64,000 nucleotides of DNA. Origin: an uncultured Bacteroidota bacterium (lineage in GTDB: Bacteria > Bacteroidota > Bacteroidia > Bacteroidales > WCHB1-69). The position numbers and the translations under genes are program-made. The stretch covers positions 3,172 to 67,171 of the forward strand of contig CADADB010000001.1 of assembly GCA_902786595.1 (NCBI GenBank), in the 5' to 3' direction. Positions within the stretch are counted from its first letter, which is position 1. Every line of letters begins with the position of its first letter. A model generated the notes under the pieces. That model did not search any database, was not told the origin of the DNA, and saw only the letters and a list, made by a program, of their open reading frames with translations. This document shows positions 1 through 8,220 of this stretch, in pieces.

Positions 1-355
1 CCACGAACGGTAGATTCAAGATTTGAGGCACGACTGTGCTGTCAGGACAGTAAATAGTGACCGTATTCATCCATTTTGAGACGGAAAGCAGCTGCATTTC
101 TGCATCCAAGGCGAAGATCTGTTGCTTGTACTCTTGGTTCACGGGAAGATCCTGTTCGGTAATAGGAATGTTGAAGCGAGTGCGCTTGTCGATAGCGCGT
201 TGTGAAAGATATTCCGATGGATTTTCGATAGAATATGGAGAATTGTTTTTGTCACTCAGGTAAATACGATAACAAGTGGGATTTTGTGCATCAATGGCGA
301 ATGACATTCCAAAACACAAAATCAAAAAGTATAGTTTTTTTATCATATTTTTCAT
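1..355 (-). CDS. S8-family (subtilisin-like) serine peptidase, N-terminal part only (gene runs off the left edge)
   Basis: Absent from the ORF track because it is truncated. The reverse-strand ATG at 355-353 opens an uninterrupted frame to position 1: MKNMIKKLYFLILCFGMSFAIDAQNPTCYRIYLSDKNNSPYSIENPSEYLSQRAIDKRTRFNIPITEQDLPVNQEYKQQIFALD... It has a signal peptide plus a propeptide pattern (Y-I-...DK...YLSQRAI..R......DLPV) that I associate from memory with Bacteroidota S8 peptidases. Confidence 0.55.
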   Translation of the reverse strand, partial: MKNMIKKLYFLILCFGMSFAIDAQNPTCYRIYLSDKNNSPYSIENPSEYLSQRAIDKRTRFNIPITEQDLPVNQEYKQQIFALDAEMQLLSVSKWMNTVTIYCPDSTVVPQILNLPFV

Positions 356-469
356 ATATAAAAACTTGCAAAAATACATTTTTTGATGATTTGTTGGTTA
401 CGAAAAAGTGACAATCCTTGTGCATTGATAATTTTTTTCCTTAAGGGTGTGCTGTTTCAAAAAAAAGTG

Positions 470-477
470 TATTTTTG
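470..477 (+). promoter_or_regulatory. Bacteroidota -7 promoter box TAnnTTTG (TATTTTTG, extended GCCGC) for tRNA-Cys
   Basis: TATTTTTGCCGCT lies 16 nt upstream of the tRNA 5' end. The same extended motif recurs across the window. Confidence 0.6.
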
Positions 478-492
478 CCGCTCCAAAATCAA

Positions 493-563
493 GGTCTCGT
501 GGCCGAGTGGTTAGGTACCGGTCTGCAAAACCGTTGACTCCAGTTCGAATCTGGACGAGACCT
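493..563 (+). tRNA. tRNA-Cys (anticodon GCA)
   Basis: I folded the cloverleaf by hand. The acceptor GGTCTCG pairs with CGAGACC. The T arm is TCCAG-TTCGAAT-CTGGA. The anticodon loop is CTGCAAA. The discriminator is U, as expected for tRNA-Cys, and CCA is not encoded. Confidence 0.85.
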
Positions 564-565
564 CA

Positions 566-606
566 AAAATGTGGAGACGATTTACTATCGCCTCCACATT
601 TTTTAT
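566..606 (+). terminator. Intrinsic terminator after tRNA-Cys
   Basis: AATGTGGAG and CTCCACATT form a 9-bp stem around a 15-nt loop, followed by TTTTT. Confidence 0.75.
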
Positions 607-607
607 G

Positions 608-615
608 TATTTTTG
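608..615 (+). promoter_or_regulatory. -7 promoter box TATTTTTG(CCGCC) only 9 nt before the ATG at 624
   Basis: TATTTTTGCCGCCGTTATG. The spacing implies a very short or absent 5' UTR. Confidence 0.5.
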
Positions 616-623
616 CCGCCGTT

Positions 624-2282
624 ATGAAACCGCAGAAACTGTTCTATATCTTGTTGGCACTTTGGGTGTTAGCCGACCTGTTACAGGCCATCTTCACCCC
701 TGTGTTCTCAGATGAGGCCTACTATTCGCTTTACGGACAGTTTCTCGACTGGGGCTACTACGACCACCCGCCGATGGTGGCGTTGCTCACCGCTTTCAGT
801 GGTGCTCTTTTCAAAGGAAATCTTTCCATCCGTTTTGTCACAGTATTGCTCCATGGTGGAACCGTTTGGCTTATCTGGAAAACCTTGCCACACAAATCGC
901 TGACATACACTGAGGTATGGACATTCTTTGCTGTCGCCGCCTCTCTCGTGATGTTTTCCGTCTATGGATTCGTGACCACTCCTGACGCGCCGTTGCTTTT
1001 CTTCACCGCACTCTTTTTCTATCTTTATCGTCATTTCCTGAACAATTCAAGCTGGTTTTTCGCCCTTGCCATCTGCGTGACAATCGCTGCTATGTCCTAC
1101 AGCAAATATATGGCTGTACTTGTGGTCGGATTTGTCCTACTGTCAAATCTTAAACTGCTGAAAGACAATAAAGTATGGGTGGCTATGTTGTTGGCTGCCG
1201 TGTTGTTTGTTCCGCATGTCCTTTGGCAGGTACGCAATGGATTTCCCAGCTTTCAATACCATCTGTTAGACCGGAACGACGGTTTTCACCTGTTGTCTCT
1301 CTTGGAATATATCCCTAATCAGTTGTTGGTATTCAATCCAGTTTGTTTTTGCCTTGCCCTCTACTTTTGTTGGAAAAGCCGAAAAACAGAAAACCTTTTC
1401 GAGCGGGCATGTCTGTTTACCATTGCCGGTTTTATTCTCTTCTTCTGGGTAATGACCCTTAAGGGTCATGCGGAGCCCCATTGGACCGTGGCAGTCTCTG
1501 TGCCGATGATTATCTTGCTATGGCAGGAATTGCGTAAAGAACATTGGCATAAGTGGTTAATGCGGGGCGTTGTGCCGATAGCTTTGATACTGACAGTGTT
1601 GCGTTTCGCGGCACCGGCTTTACTGAACCATAATTTTCTGAATATCCTTGGAGATAGGAAAAAGTTTGCGGTGATTCATGAATACTGCGGGCATACCCCT
1701 GTGGTGTTTGTGAGTTCCTTCCAGGCCCCTTCTCTGTACCGCTTTTATACTGGTGAAAATGCCATGCAAATCAGCTCATTGTACAACCGTAAGACCCAGT
1801 TCGACATTTGGCAGTTTGACAAGGATATTCAGGGCAACCCCGCTGATATCATCAACCCCAATGTGTATCAACGTGGAGTGCATGAAGGTTATGATTTGAT
1901 TGAAAAGGACGATGTCTCTTTTTATCTTCACAAGACAAAAGCATTCCAAGGCACTAATCGTATTCAGGTAAGTGTTGATAACTACAGGATTACGAACGAT
2001 TCCCTCTATCTAGATCTTGCTTTGTACAATCCATATAAAACGGATTTTGTGTTCGATAATCCTGAATTTCCCGTCACGCTTCATGCTGTGTATCTGCAAG
2101 ACAACAGATTTTCCCCCATAACATGTCCTATTGACTCAGGAATGGTCATTCCCGCCGGAGGAGGCCTGCGTTGCAACACTGTTGTCAAATACATTCCAGG
2201 GGCTCCTGTTGTCATCTGTTTGGACAACGTCGTTAATCGCTCTGTAAACAGCCCTCCCATTAAAATCAAAGTCCATGATTAA
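624..2282 (+). CDS. ArnT/PMT-like (GT39/GT83-type) integral-membrane glycosyltransferase
   Basis: I trimmed track ORF 447..2282 to the in-frame ATG at 624, because the upstream part runs through tRNA-Cys and its terminator. The protein is polytopic with the N-terminal motif SDEAYYSLYGQFLDWGYYDHPPMV, typical of lipid-linked-sugar-dependent glycosyltransferases. Confidence 0.75.
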   Translation: MKPQKLFYILLALWVLADLLQAIFTPVFSDEAYYSLYGQFLDWGYYDHPPMVALLTAFSGALFKGNLSIRFVTVLLHGGTVWLIWKTLPHKSLTYTEVWTFFAVAASLVMFSVYGFVTTPDAPLLFFTALFFYLYRHFLNNSSWFFALAICVTIAAMSYSKYMAVLVVGFVLLSNLKLLKDNKVWVAMLLAAVLFVPHVLWQVRNGFPSFQYHLLDRNDGFHLLSLLEYIPNQLLVFNPVCFCLALYFCWKSRKTENLFERACLFTIAGFILFFWVMTLKGHAEPHWTVAVSVPMIILLWQELRKEHWHKWLMRGVVPIALILTVLRFAAPALLNHNFLNILGDRKKFAVIHEYCGHTPVVFVSSFQAPSLYRFYTGENAMQISSLYNRKTQFDIWQFDKDIQGNPADIINPNVYQRGVHEGYDLIEKDDVSFYLHKTKAFQGTNRIQVSVDNYRITNDSLYLDLALYNPYKTDFVFDNPEFPVTLHAVYLQDNRFSPITCPIDSGMVIPAGGGLRCNTVVKYIPGAPVVICLDNVVNRSVNSPPIKIKVHD

Positions 2283-2658
2283 CAGCACATTGATACTCAA
2301 ATTTCTGAAGTTCTGCGTAGTGGGCTTTTCGGGTATGGTGGTCGATTTCGGCACCACATGGCTCTGCAAGGAGAAGCTCGGATGGAACAAGTATGTTTCC
2401 AACTCCATTGGTTTTGTTCTTGCTGCTACCAACAACTATCTTTGGAATCGGCTTTGGACATTTCAAAGCACCAACACAAACATCCCCGTTGAATACGGAA
2501 AATTCTTTTTGATCTCCATTATCGGATTGGGAATCAACAATTTGGTTGTGTTCCTTCTCCATGGGAAACTGAAATGGAACTTTTACCTTGCCAAACTGCT
2601 CGCTATCGGTGTCGTCACCATTTGGAATTTCACGATGAACTATTTCTTTACCTTCTAA
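2275..2658 (+). CDS. GtrA-family membrane protein
   Basis: 127 aa with 4 TM segments. It shows the FxKFxxVGxxGxxVD start and the NFxxNxxFTF end of GtrA-like proteins. It overlaps the upstream gene by 8 nt. Confidence 0.8.
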   Translation: MINSTLILKFLKFCVVGFSGMVVDFGTTWLCKEKLGWNKYVSNSIGFVLAATNNYLWNRLWTFQSTNTNIPVEYGKFFLISIIGLGINNLVVFLLHGKLKWNFYLAKLLAIGVVTIWNFTMNYFFTF

Positions 2659-2749
2659 CCCTCTTACCTTCTAACCCTCTAACCCTCTAACCCTTTAACC
2701 CTTTAACCTTCAATAACCCATAACCAATAACCCATAACCATTCATAAAT
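2638..2749. repeat. G-free short-tandem-repeat spacer (TAACCCT/CTAACCCT units, then the TTCAATAACCCATAACC...ATAACCATT element)
   Basis: By my reading the + strand has no G from 2638 to 2749. The sequence fills the entire stop-to-start gap between gtrA-like and the PAP2 gene. Confidence 0.9.
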
Positions 2750-3353
2750 GACCGAATTTTTCCACACTTCAGCATTCGACTGGGACAAAAATTTGTTCCA
2801 ATTCATCAACAGCCATAACTCGCCTTTTTGGGATAAGGTGATGTGGGTGATCACCAGCGCACAATTCGGAATTGTTTTCTTTCTGATTCTGTCTGCGCTG
2901 GTCGTATGGTTTTACAGGAAACAATCGTGGAAGATTTTGCTCTTTATCGCGGCGGTGACCTTGTTGGCGGACACGATAGGCGCGCGCGTACTCAAGCCCA
3001 CGATAAAGCGGTTACGCCCCTCGCACGACTTTGAATATCATGGCGATCATCAGGTGCATCTGCTTCAGAAGAAAGATGGAACTTACTATTATGGAGGTAG
3101 ATACAGCTGTCCGTCGAATCATGCCATCAATTATTTGACAAGCTCATTGCTGTTCTTTTTCTTCTTGTCTCCTAAAATCAGACGACGTTGGTTATTGGCG
3201 ATTTTTGTTTTTGGTATTACTCTTCTGAGCTGCTACAGCCGCATTTATGTGGGTGTACATTACCCGTTCGATATCTTCTGCGGCTGGTTGATTGCGTTGC
3301 TTTTGGCGGGATTAGCGATTTGGCTGGACAAGAAGTTTCAAGTTTCAAAATGA
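2748..3353 (+). CDS. PAP2-family phosphatase (lipid phosphate / possible lipid A phosphatase)
   Basis: All three PAP2 motifs are present: KPTIKRLRP, CPSNH and SRIYVGVHYPFD. The protein is polytopic. Confidence 0.8.
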   Translation: MTEFFHTSAFDWDKNLFQFINSHNSPFWDKVMWVITSAQFGIVFFLILSALVVWFYRKQSWKILLFIAAVTLLADTIGARVLKPTIKRLRPSHDFEYHGDHQVHLLQKKDGTYYYGGRYSCPSNHAINYLTSSLLFFFFLSPKIRRRWLLAIFVFGITLLSCYSRIYVGVHYPFDIFCGWLIALLLAGLAIWLDKKFQVSK

Positions 3354-3366
3354 ACAACTGCTATGG

Positions 3367-4950
3367 TTACCGACCGGTAATCACGATTCTTCGGTCTTTG
3401 GCCGCTTTTAAGCCGAAGACCGTTTCCCGCACTTCGTCGGTCTCAAAAGAGTGATTCACAGCCCCTTCCGGATAGACATATAGTTGCAGCCCTGCTTTCT
3501 TTCCTGTAATATACGGAACCAGTACGCCATTGTCGGACTTTTTCAAATAATTCAACAAACTGACAATTCTTCGGGATGACAAATGCTTGTTATACTCATT
3601 GTTATGCAAAGGACTGGCAAATCCGCTGATGCTCAATTCCACCGTGTCACCATTCGACATCGCTTCTTGCAAGTAGTTAGTAAGCAGTTTCAGACGCGCA
3701 TAGCCGGTTTGCACGGAGTCGCGCATGAACCCTGCCACGGCATACATTGCCGCCCGCTGCTCCTCGCCAGTCAACCCTTGTCCCGATTTATGTATATATT
3801 CCTGAATATCTGCAACATACCTGTTGTAAAGTTCTAAATAATCTTTATCGGTGGTGTCAGAAACGGATTTCGGGTCGGGGTAGTCGTTTTGGAAATAGAG
3901 TGTGATGGGCAACACGGAAGCGATTTTTTCGTGAATGTTGGGAGGAGTGTCTGCAACAACTGTCTCATTCTCTGGGAGTTTCCATTCCACGTAGAAAATG
4001 TCATTACAGCAGGTGTCTTCCATCACTAAATCGTGATAGGGTCGGTTAGATGATAGGTAAGCACTCTTATTATCTTGATTCACTGTGAAATAAAAATCGT
4101 TATAGACCGAATTGAACGGTTTCTCAAGATGCTTCACGGGCAACCAGCGCCCTAACGCCCCTTCACTGCAAAAGATGTCAAAATCACCCATGCTGTGATG
4201 CTCGTCAGAACTGAAATAGAGAATGTTATGGGACTTGTCATAAAACGGGGTGACTTCATCGCCTTCCGTATTAATCATTGGCCCGAGATTCACGGGATCC
4301 TGATAATGCCCGTTCTTGACAATGGAATACCAAATATCCGAATTACCATATCCTCCCGACCGATTAGAAGCAAAATAAAGTATCTCGTAATCAGGTAGTT
4401 GTACTAAACACGGTTGCATAGAGGAGCTGCCTTTCTGGTTGATGACAGAGGGTAAAATCGCCGGCTTTTTCCAAACTCCTCGCTCTTTTTCCGATTGCCA
4501 TAAAGAGCAAAGGAGATCGCCTTCTCCAGACCGGACACATCGCGTGAGAATAATCCGTTGGCCGTTGTCGCTTAGACAGAAGTTACTGTTGAAATACTTG
4601 GGATTGTTGATGTTCACGGGTAGCGGTCTGGCCGCTGAATAATGTCCTTCCGGCAACGCTTTTGACTCGTAAAGATAACAGTACCAATTTGTTTCAAAGA
4701 AATGCTCGGCATCTTCATTGGCATCGTTGCGCATAGCTGTGAATAGAAAAGTGGAGTCGGGCAGCATCTTTCCGGCAAATTCCGAAAAAGAACTGTTCAC
4801 CGCTGATGGCAGGGGGGTTATCGTCACGATGATGGAATCCGTTGTCGGCAAAATAGTTGCATCACCATTCTGCGCCCTCACAGGAACCCACAAGGACATC
4901 GCCACAACGGCAACACATAAAACCCTTATAATAAACAATTTGCCATTCAT
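3367..4950 (-). CDS. Secreted TolB-like (PD40 repeat) protein with a C-terminal OmpA-like domain
   Basis: It has a signal peptide (VPVRAQ) and PD40-like repeats (ILYFASNRSGGYGNSDIWYS, ILYFSSDEHHSMGDFDIF). The C-terminal peptidoglycan-binding signature is SGFASPLHNNEYNKHLSSRRIVSLLNYL. Confidence 0.7.
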   Translation of the reverse strand: MNGKLFIIRVLCVAVVAMSLWVPVRAQNGDATILPTTDSIIVTITPLPSAVNSSFSEFAGKMLPDSTFLFTAMRNDANEDAEHFFETNWYCYLYESKALPEGHYSAARPLPVNINNPKYFNSNFCLSDNGQRIILTRCVRSGEGDLLCSLWQSEKERGVWKKPAILPSVINQKGSSSMQPCLVQLPDYEILYFASNRSGGYGNSDIWYSIVKNGHYQDPVNLGPMINTEGDEVTPFYDKSHNILYFSSDEHHSMGDFDIFCSEGALGRWLPVKHLEKPFNSVYNDFYFTVNQDNKSAYLSSNRPYHDLVMEDTCCNDIFYVEWKLPENETVVADTPPNIHEKIASVLPITLYFQNDYPDPKSVSDTTDKDYLELYNRYVADIQEYIHKSGQGLTGEEQRAAMYAVAGFMRDSVQTGYARLKLLTNYLQEAMSNGDTVELSISGFASPLHNNEYNKHLSSRRIVSLLNYLKKSDNGVLVPYITGKKAGLQLYVYPEGAVNHSFETDEVRETVFGLKAAKDRRIVITGR

Positions 4951-5025
4951 CTTACCCTAACCTCTAAACCTCTAACCTCTAACCTTCAATAACCTATAAC
5001 CCATAACCCATAACCATTACATAAT
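4943..5025. repeat. G-free STR spacer (TAACCTC heptamers plus the TTCAATAACCTATAACCCATAACCCATAACCATT element) inside the porP-ompA-like operon
   Basis: No G on the + strand across about 83 nt, so the transcript (minus strand) is C-free. It fills the gap between the stop at 5017 and the start at 4950. Confidence 0.9.
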
Positions 5026-6027
5026 GTCATACGGACACGGTTCTTTCCCAATCCTTGTAATCGTTCTTTTCTTGAATATGTAGGAAATGGCGAGTTCCAT
5101 ACCGCCGCGACCGTGGGTGGCCACCACAAATGGAGAGACGTTCACGTCGTAGGCAATGGAAAAGCGGAGGTTCTGCCAACTTATAAACCCATTGATTATC
5201 AAAGCATCTTTCCAGCGGTAAAACATTCCTCCTCCCAAGGTGTAAAGCGTGGTATAGCTGTTCTTCTTCTTGAAATACTCGACATTACAACCAAACAGAT
5301 ATTCACTGAAAGAACGCTGCCAGGAAGCATAAAACATTGGAGACAAGGACAACTCGCGGGAAAGGGCTATCTGCGAATAAAAGTGCGCGGTGTATTTCAA
5401 AGGCAGTCGTGCGGTGGATTCCCCGAACCCGTAATAAGGGTGGTTGATGTGCGATGCGCTCACCGCCAGACGAAATAGCATGGTCTTTGTGGGCAGATAT
5501 CCCCAAAACACTCCGGCCCCGAAATCGGGATATAGCCGTTGGATAGTTTCAATGTTCTCGCCAGCAGGTAAATACGGATAAAACATCCCATCCACAAATT
5601 GGTTGTCCCAAGTGCTTAAATCAATGTCGAAATGGTTGTTGATGATTCCGCCGTAAACCCCCAATCCGATTTTATGACGGCTGTGGCGGCCAATATTCTT
5701 GATATACGACAGCGAAACGATTGCCTGCACAGAACTGTAATTCACGTCACCGGCCTTGTCGCCGTTGAAAGTGAGCCCGATGCCGAGCAATTCCTGTCGC
5801 CGGTGGTTCTTATAGACCGCGCCATCGACTTCTGCGCCCATCGTTAGGAACGGTTTGGTCACGGCGAGCCATTGCGACCGCATGATGACTCCGCCGCGCA
5901 CTACACCATCAAATGCAGCTGTCAACGCAGGGTTCACACCTGTCGGGTTGGCGTAAAACTGGGAAAAATGGTAATCTTGGGCGAAAGTTATCTTAAAAAA
6001 AAAAGTCAGTGCTGTCAGCAATAGCAT
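5017..6027 (-). CDS. PorP/SprF-family type IX secretion system membrane protein
   Basis: This is the C-terminal 336 codons of track ORF 5017..7299. An internal ATG at 6027 gives the signal peptide MLLLTALTFFFKITFAQ, followed by the family hallmark DYHFSQFYANPTGVNPA. The sequence has beta-barrel-like alternation. Confidence 0.75.
   Translation of the reverse strand: MLLLTALTFFFKITFAQDYHFSQFYANPTGVNPALTAAFDGVVRGGVIMRSQWLAVTKPFLTMGAEVDGAVYKNHRRQELLGIGLTFNGDKAGDVNYSSVQAIVSLSYIKNIGRHSRHKIGLGVYGGIINNHFDIDLSTWDNQFVDGMFYPYLPAGENIETIQRLYPDFGAGVFWGYLPTKTMLFRLAVSASHINHPYYGFGESTARLPLKYTAHFYSQIALSRELSLSPMFYASWQRSFSEYLFGCNVEYFKKKNSYTTLYTLGGGMFYRWKDALIINGFISWQNLRFSIAYDVNVSPFVVATHGRGGMELAISYIFKKRTITRIGKEPCPYDIM
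5995..6004. repeat. A10 (+) / T10 (sense) homopolymer inside the PorP/SprF signal-peptide codons
   Basis: The sense strand reads ACT TTT TTT TTT AAG ATA ACT. See the related finding. Confidence 0.9.
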
Positions 6028-7299
<1,272 letters not shown>

Positions 7300-7318
7300 G
7301 ACACGGAATTTGACCGCG

Positions 7319-7326
7319 CAAAGATA
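7319..7326 (-). promoter_or_regulatory. -7 promoter box (TATCTTTG on the minus strand) upstream of rarA
   Basis: The minus strand reads GTCTATCTTTGCGCGGTC, about 20 nt upstream of the rarA ATG at 7299. Confidence 0.5.
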
Positions 7327-7505
7327 GACAAAATACGGATATGCGGGGAGGATGGGATTTGATATACAAAAAAATTATCTAAGAATGTTTGGATATTAAA
7401 AAAAGAGTATTTTTGCAGTTGGAAATCAATAGGGGAACAGTCCGTTTAGACGTCCACAATTTGGCGATGACCTTTCAAGAGAGCCAACCTGTCGATTTCT
7501 TTTTT

Positions 7506-7913
7506 TTATGCCTTAATTGCCGTGATGCAGTATTGAATTTTCTCGCCCGTTCGCTTTATACCAACCATCATTTTTACCATACCGACCCCGATCAATTCGC
7601 ATCGCATTTCCTGTATTTGAGAGAATGCGGCTTGATTCTTCACTCCTTTTTTTGGCGCTTTCGGTTTCCCGTATTTGACAGAATAACGCAAAATGGTGTC
7701 CAGTTGTAGCATCGCAAGTGTTGATTCATACGTTTTAGCTGCATGGCGAATAGTCTCTGTTATAGATAGATACCGAATATTGATAAAATCTTTGAAAGAA
7801 CGATTGTAAACTCGTTTGCTGGGATTGTTTTCAGTCCATATACGATACACTTTGGAAATGATTTCTTCTCGTTGTTTGAGTGCCTCTCGGTTGTTTTCTT
7901 GTGGTATAATCAT
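7506..7913 (-). CDS. Hypothetical 135-aa basic protein (islet gene D)
   Basis: The ORF has its own TATATTTG box about 30 nt upstream on the minus strand. It is Lys/Arg-rich, has no signal peptide, and I cannot assign a family. Confidence 0.55.
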   Translation of the reverse strand: MIIPQENNREALKQREEIISKVYRIWTENNPSKRVYNRSFKDFINIRYLSITETIRHAAKTYESTLAMLQLDTILRYSVKYGKPKAPKKGVKNQAAFSQIQEMRCELIGVGMVKMMVGIKRTGEKIQYCITAIKA

Positions 7914-8154
7914 ATCGAACAGATATTTTGAATTTCCGCCGACAAATATACATCAAAACCGACCGTTTGTCAAGGGTTTTGTGATATTTTTTTTTATTCT
8001 TGACAACCAATCAATTGTGATTAAATATTAACTATTTTGATTTGAATAGTTAAAATTTGAATTGGGTTTTTGGGGGAAAATGAAGGATGTAGTGCCAGTA
8101 GTGTCGAAGACACTATATTTTAGTAACCCCACATCAAACGACCGAAGGGAGTGC

Positions 8155-8163
8155 GGGGGGGGG
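8155..8163. repeat. G9 (+) / C9 (-) homopolymer in the islet's internal intergenic gap
   Basis: gtgcGGGGGGGGGtacggc. It is embedded in a locally GC-rich, hairpin-prone patch within an otherwise AT-rich region. Confidence 0.85.
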
Positions 8164-8220
8164 TACGGCGATGCCCACCTTGGTCGGTGTGTTGAAAACA
8201 CATAATATATGGAGGTGATA

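Noticed and set aside
447-623. N-terminal extension of track ORF 447..2282
   Set aside because: The extension is translated straight through tRNA-Cys (493-563) and its terminator. A TATTTTTG box at 608 and the ATG at 624 give a sensible membrane-protein N-terminus.
2659-2707. Telomere-like CCCTAA-type repeats (CTAACCCT units)
   Set aside because: The units only superficially resemble eukaryotic telomere repeats. They are short (~50 nt), internal and flanked by ordinary bacterial genes. They belong to the wider set of heptamer/octamer junction repeats with many unrelated unit sequences.
7389-7709. 106-aa + strand ORF overlapping islet gene D
   Set aside because: It is the mirror image of gene D on the opposite strand and starts upstream of the only + strand promoter box. 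The sequence is Phe/Leu/His-rich with no features. I kept only the possibility of an antisense transcript.
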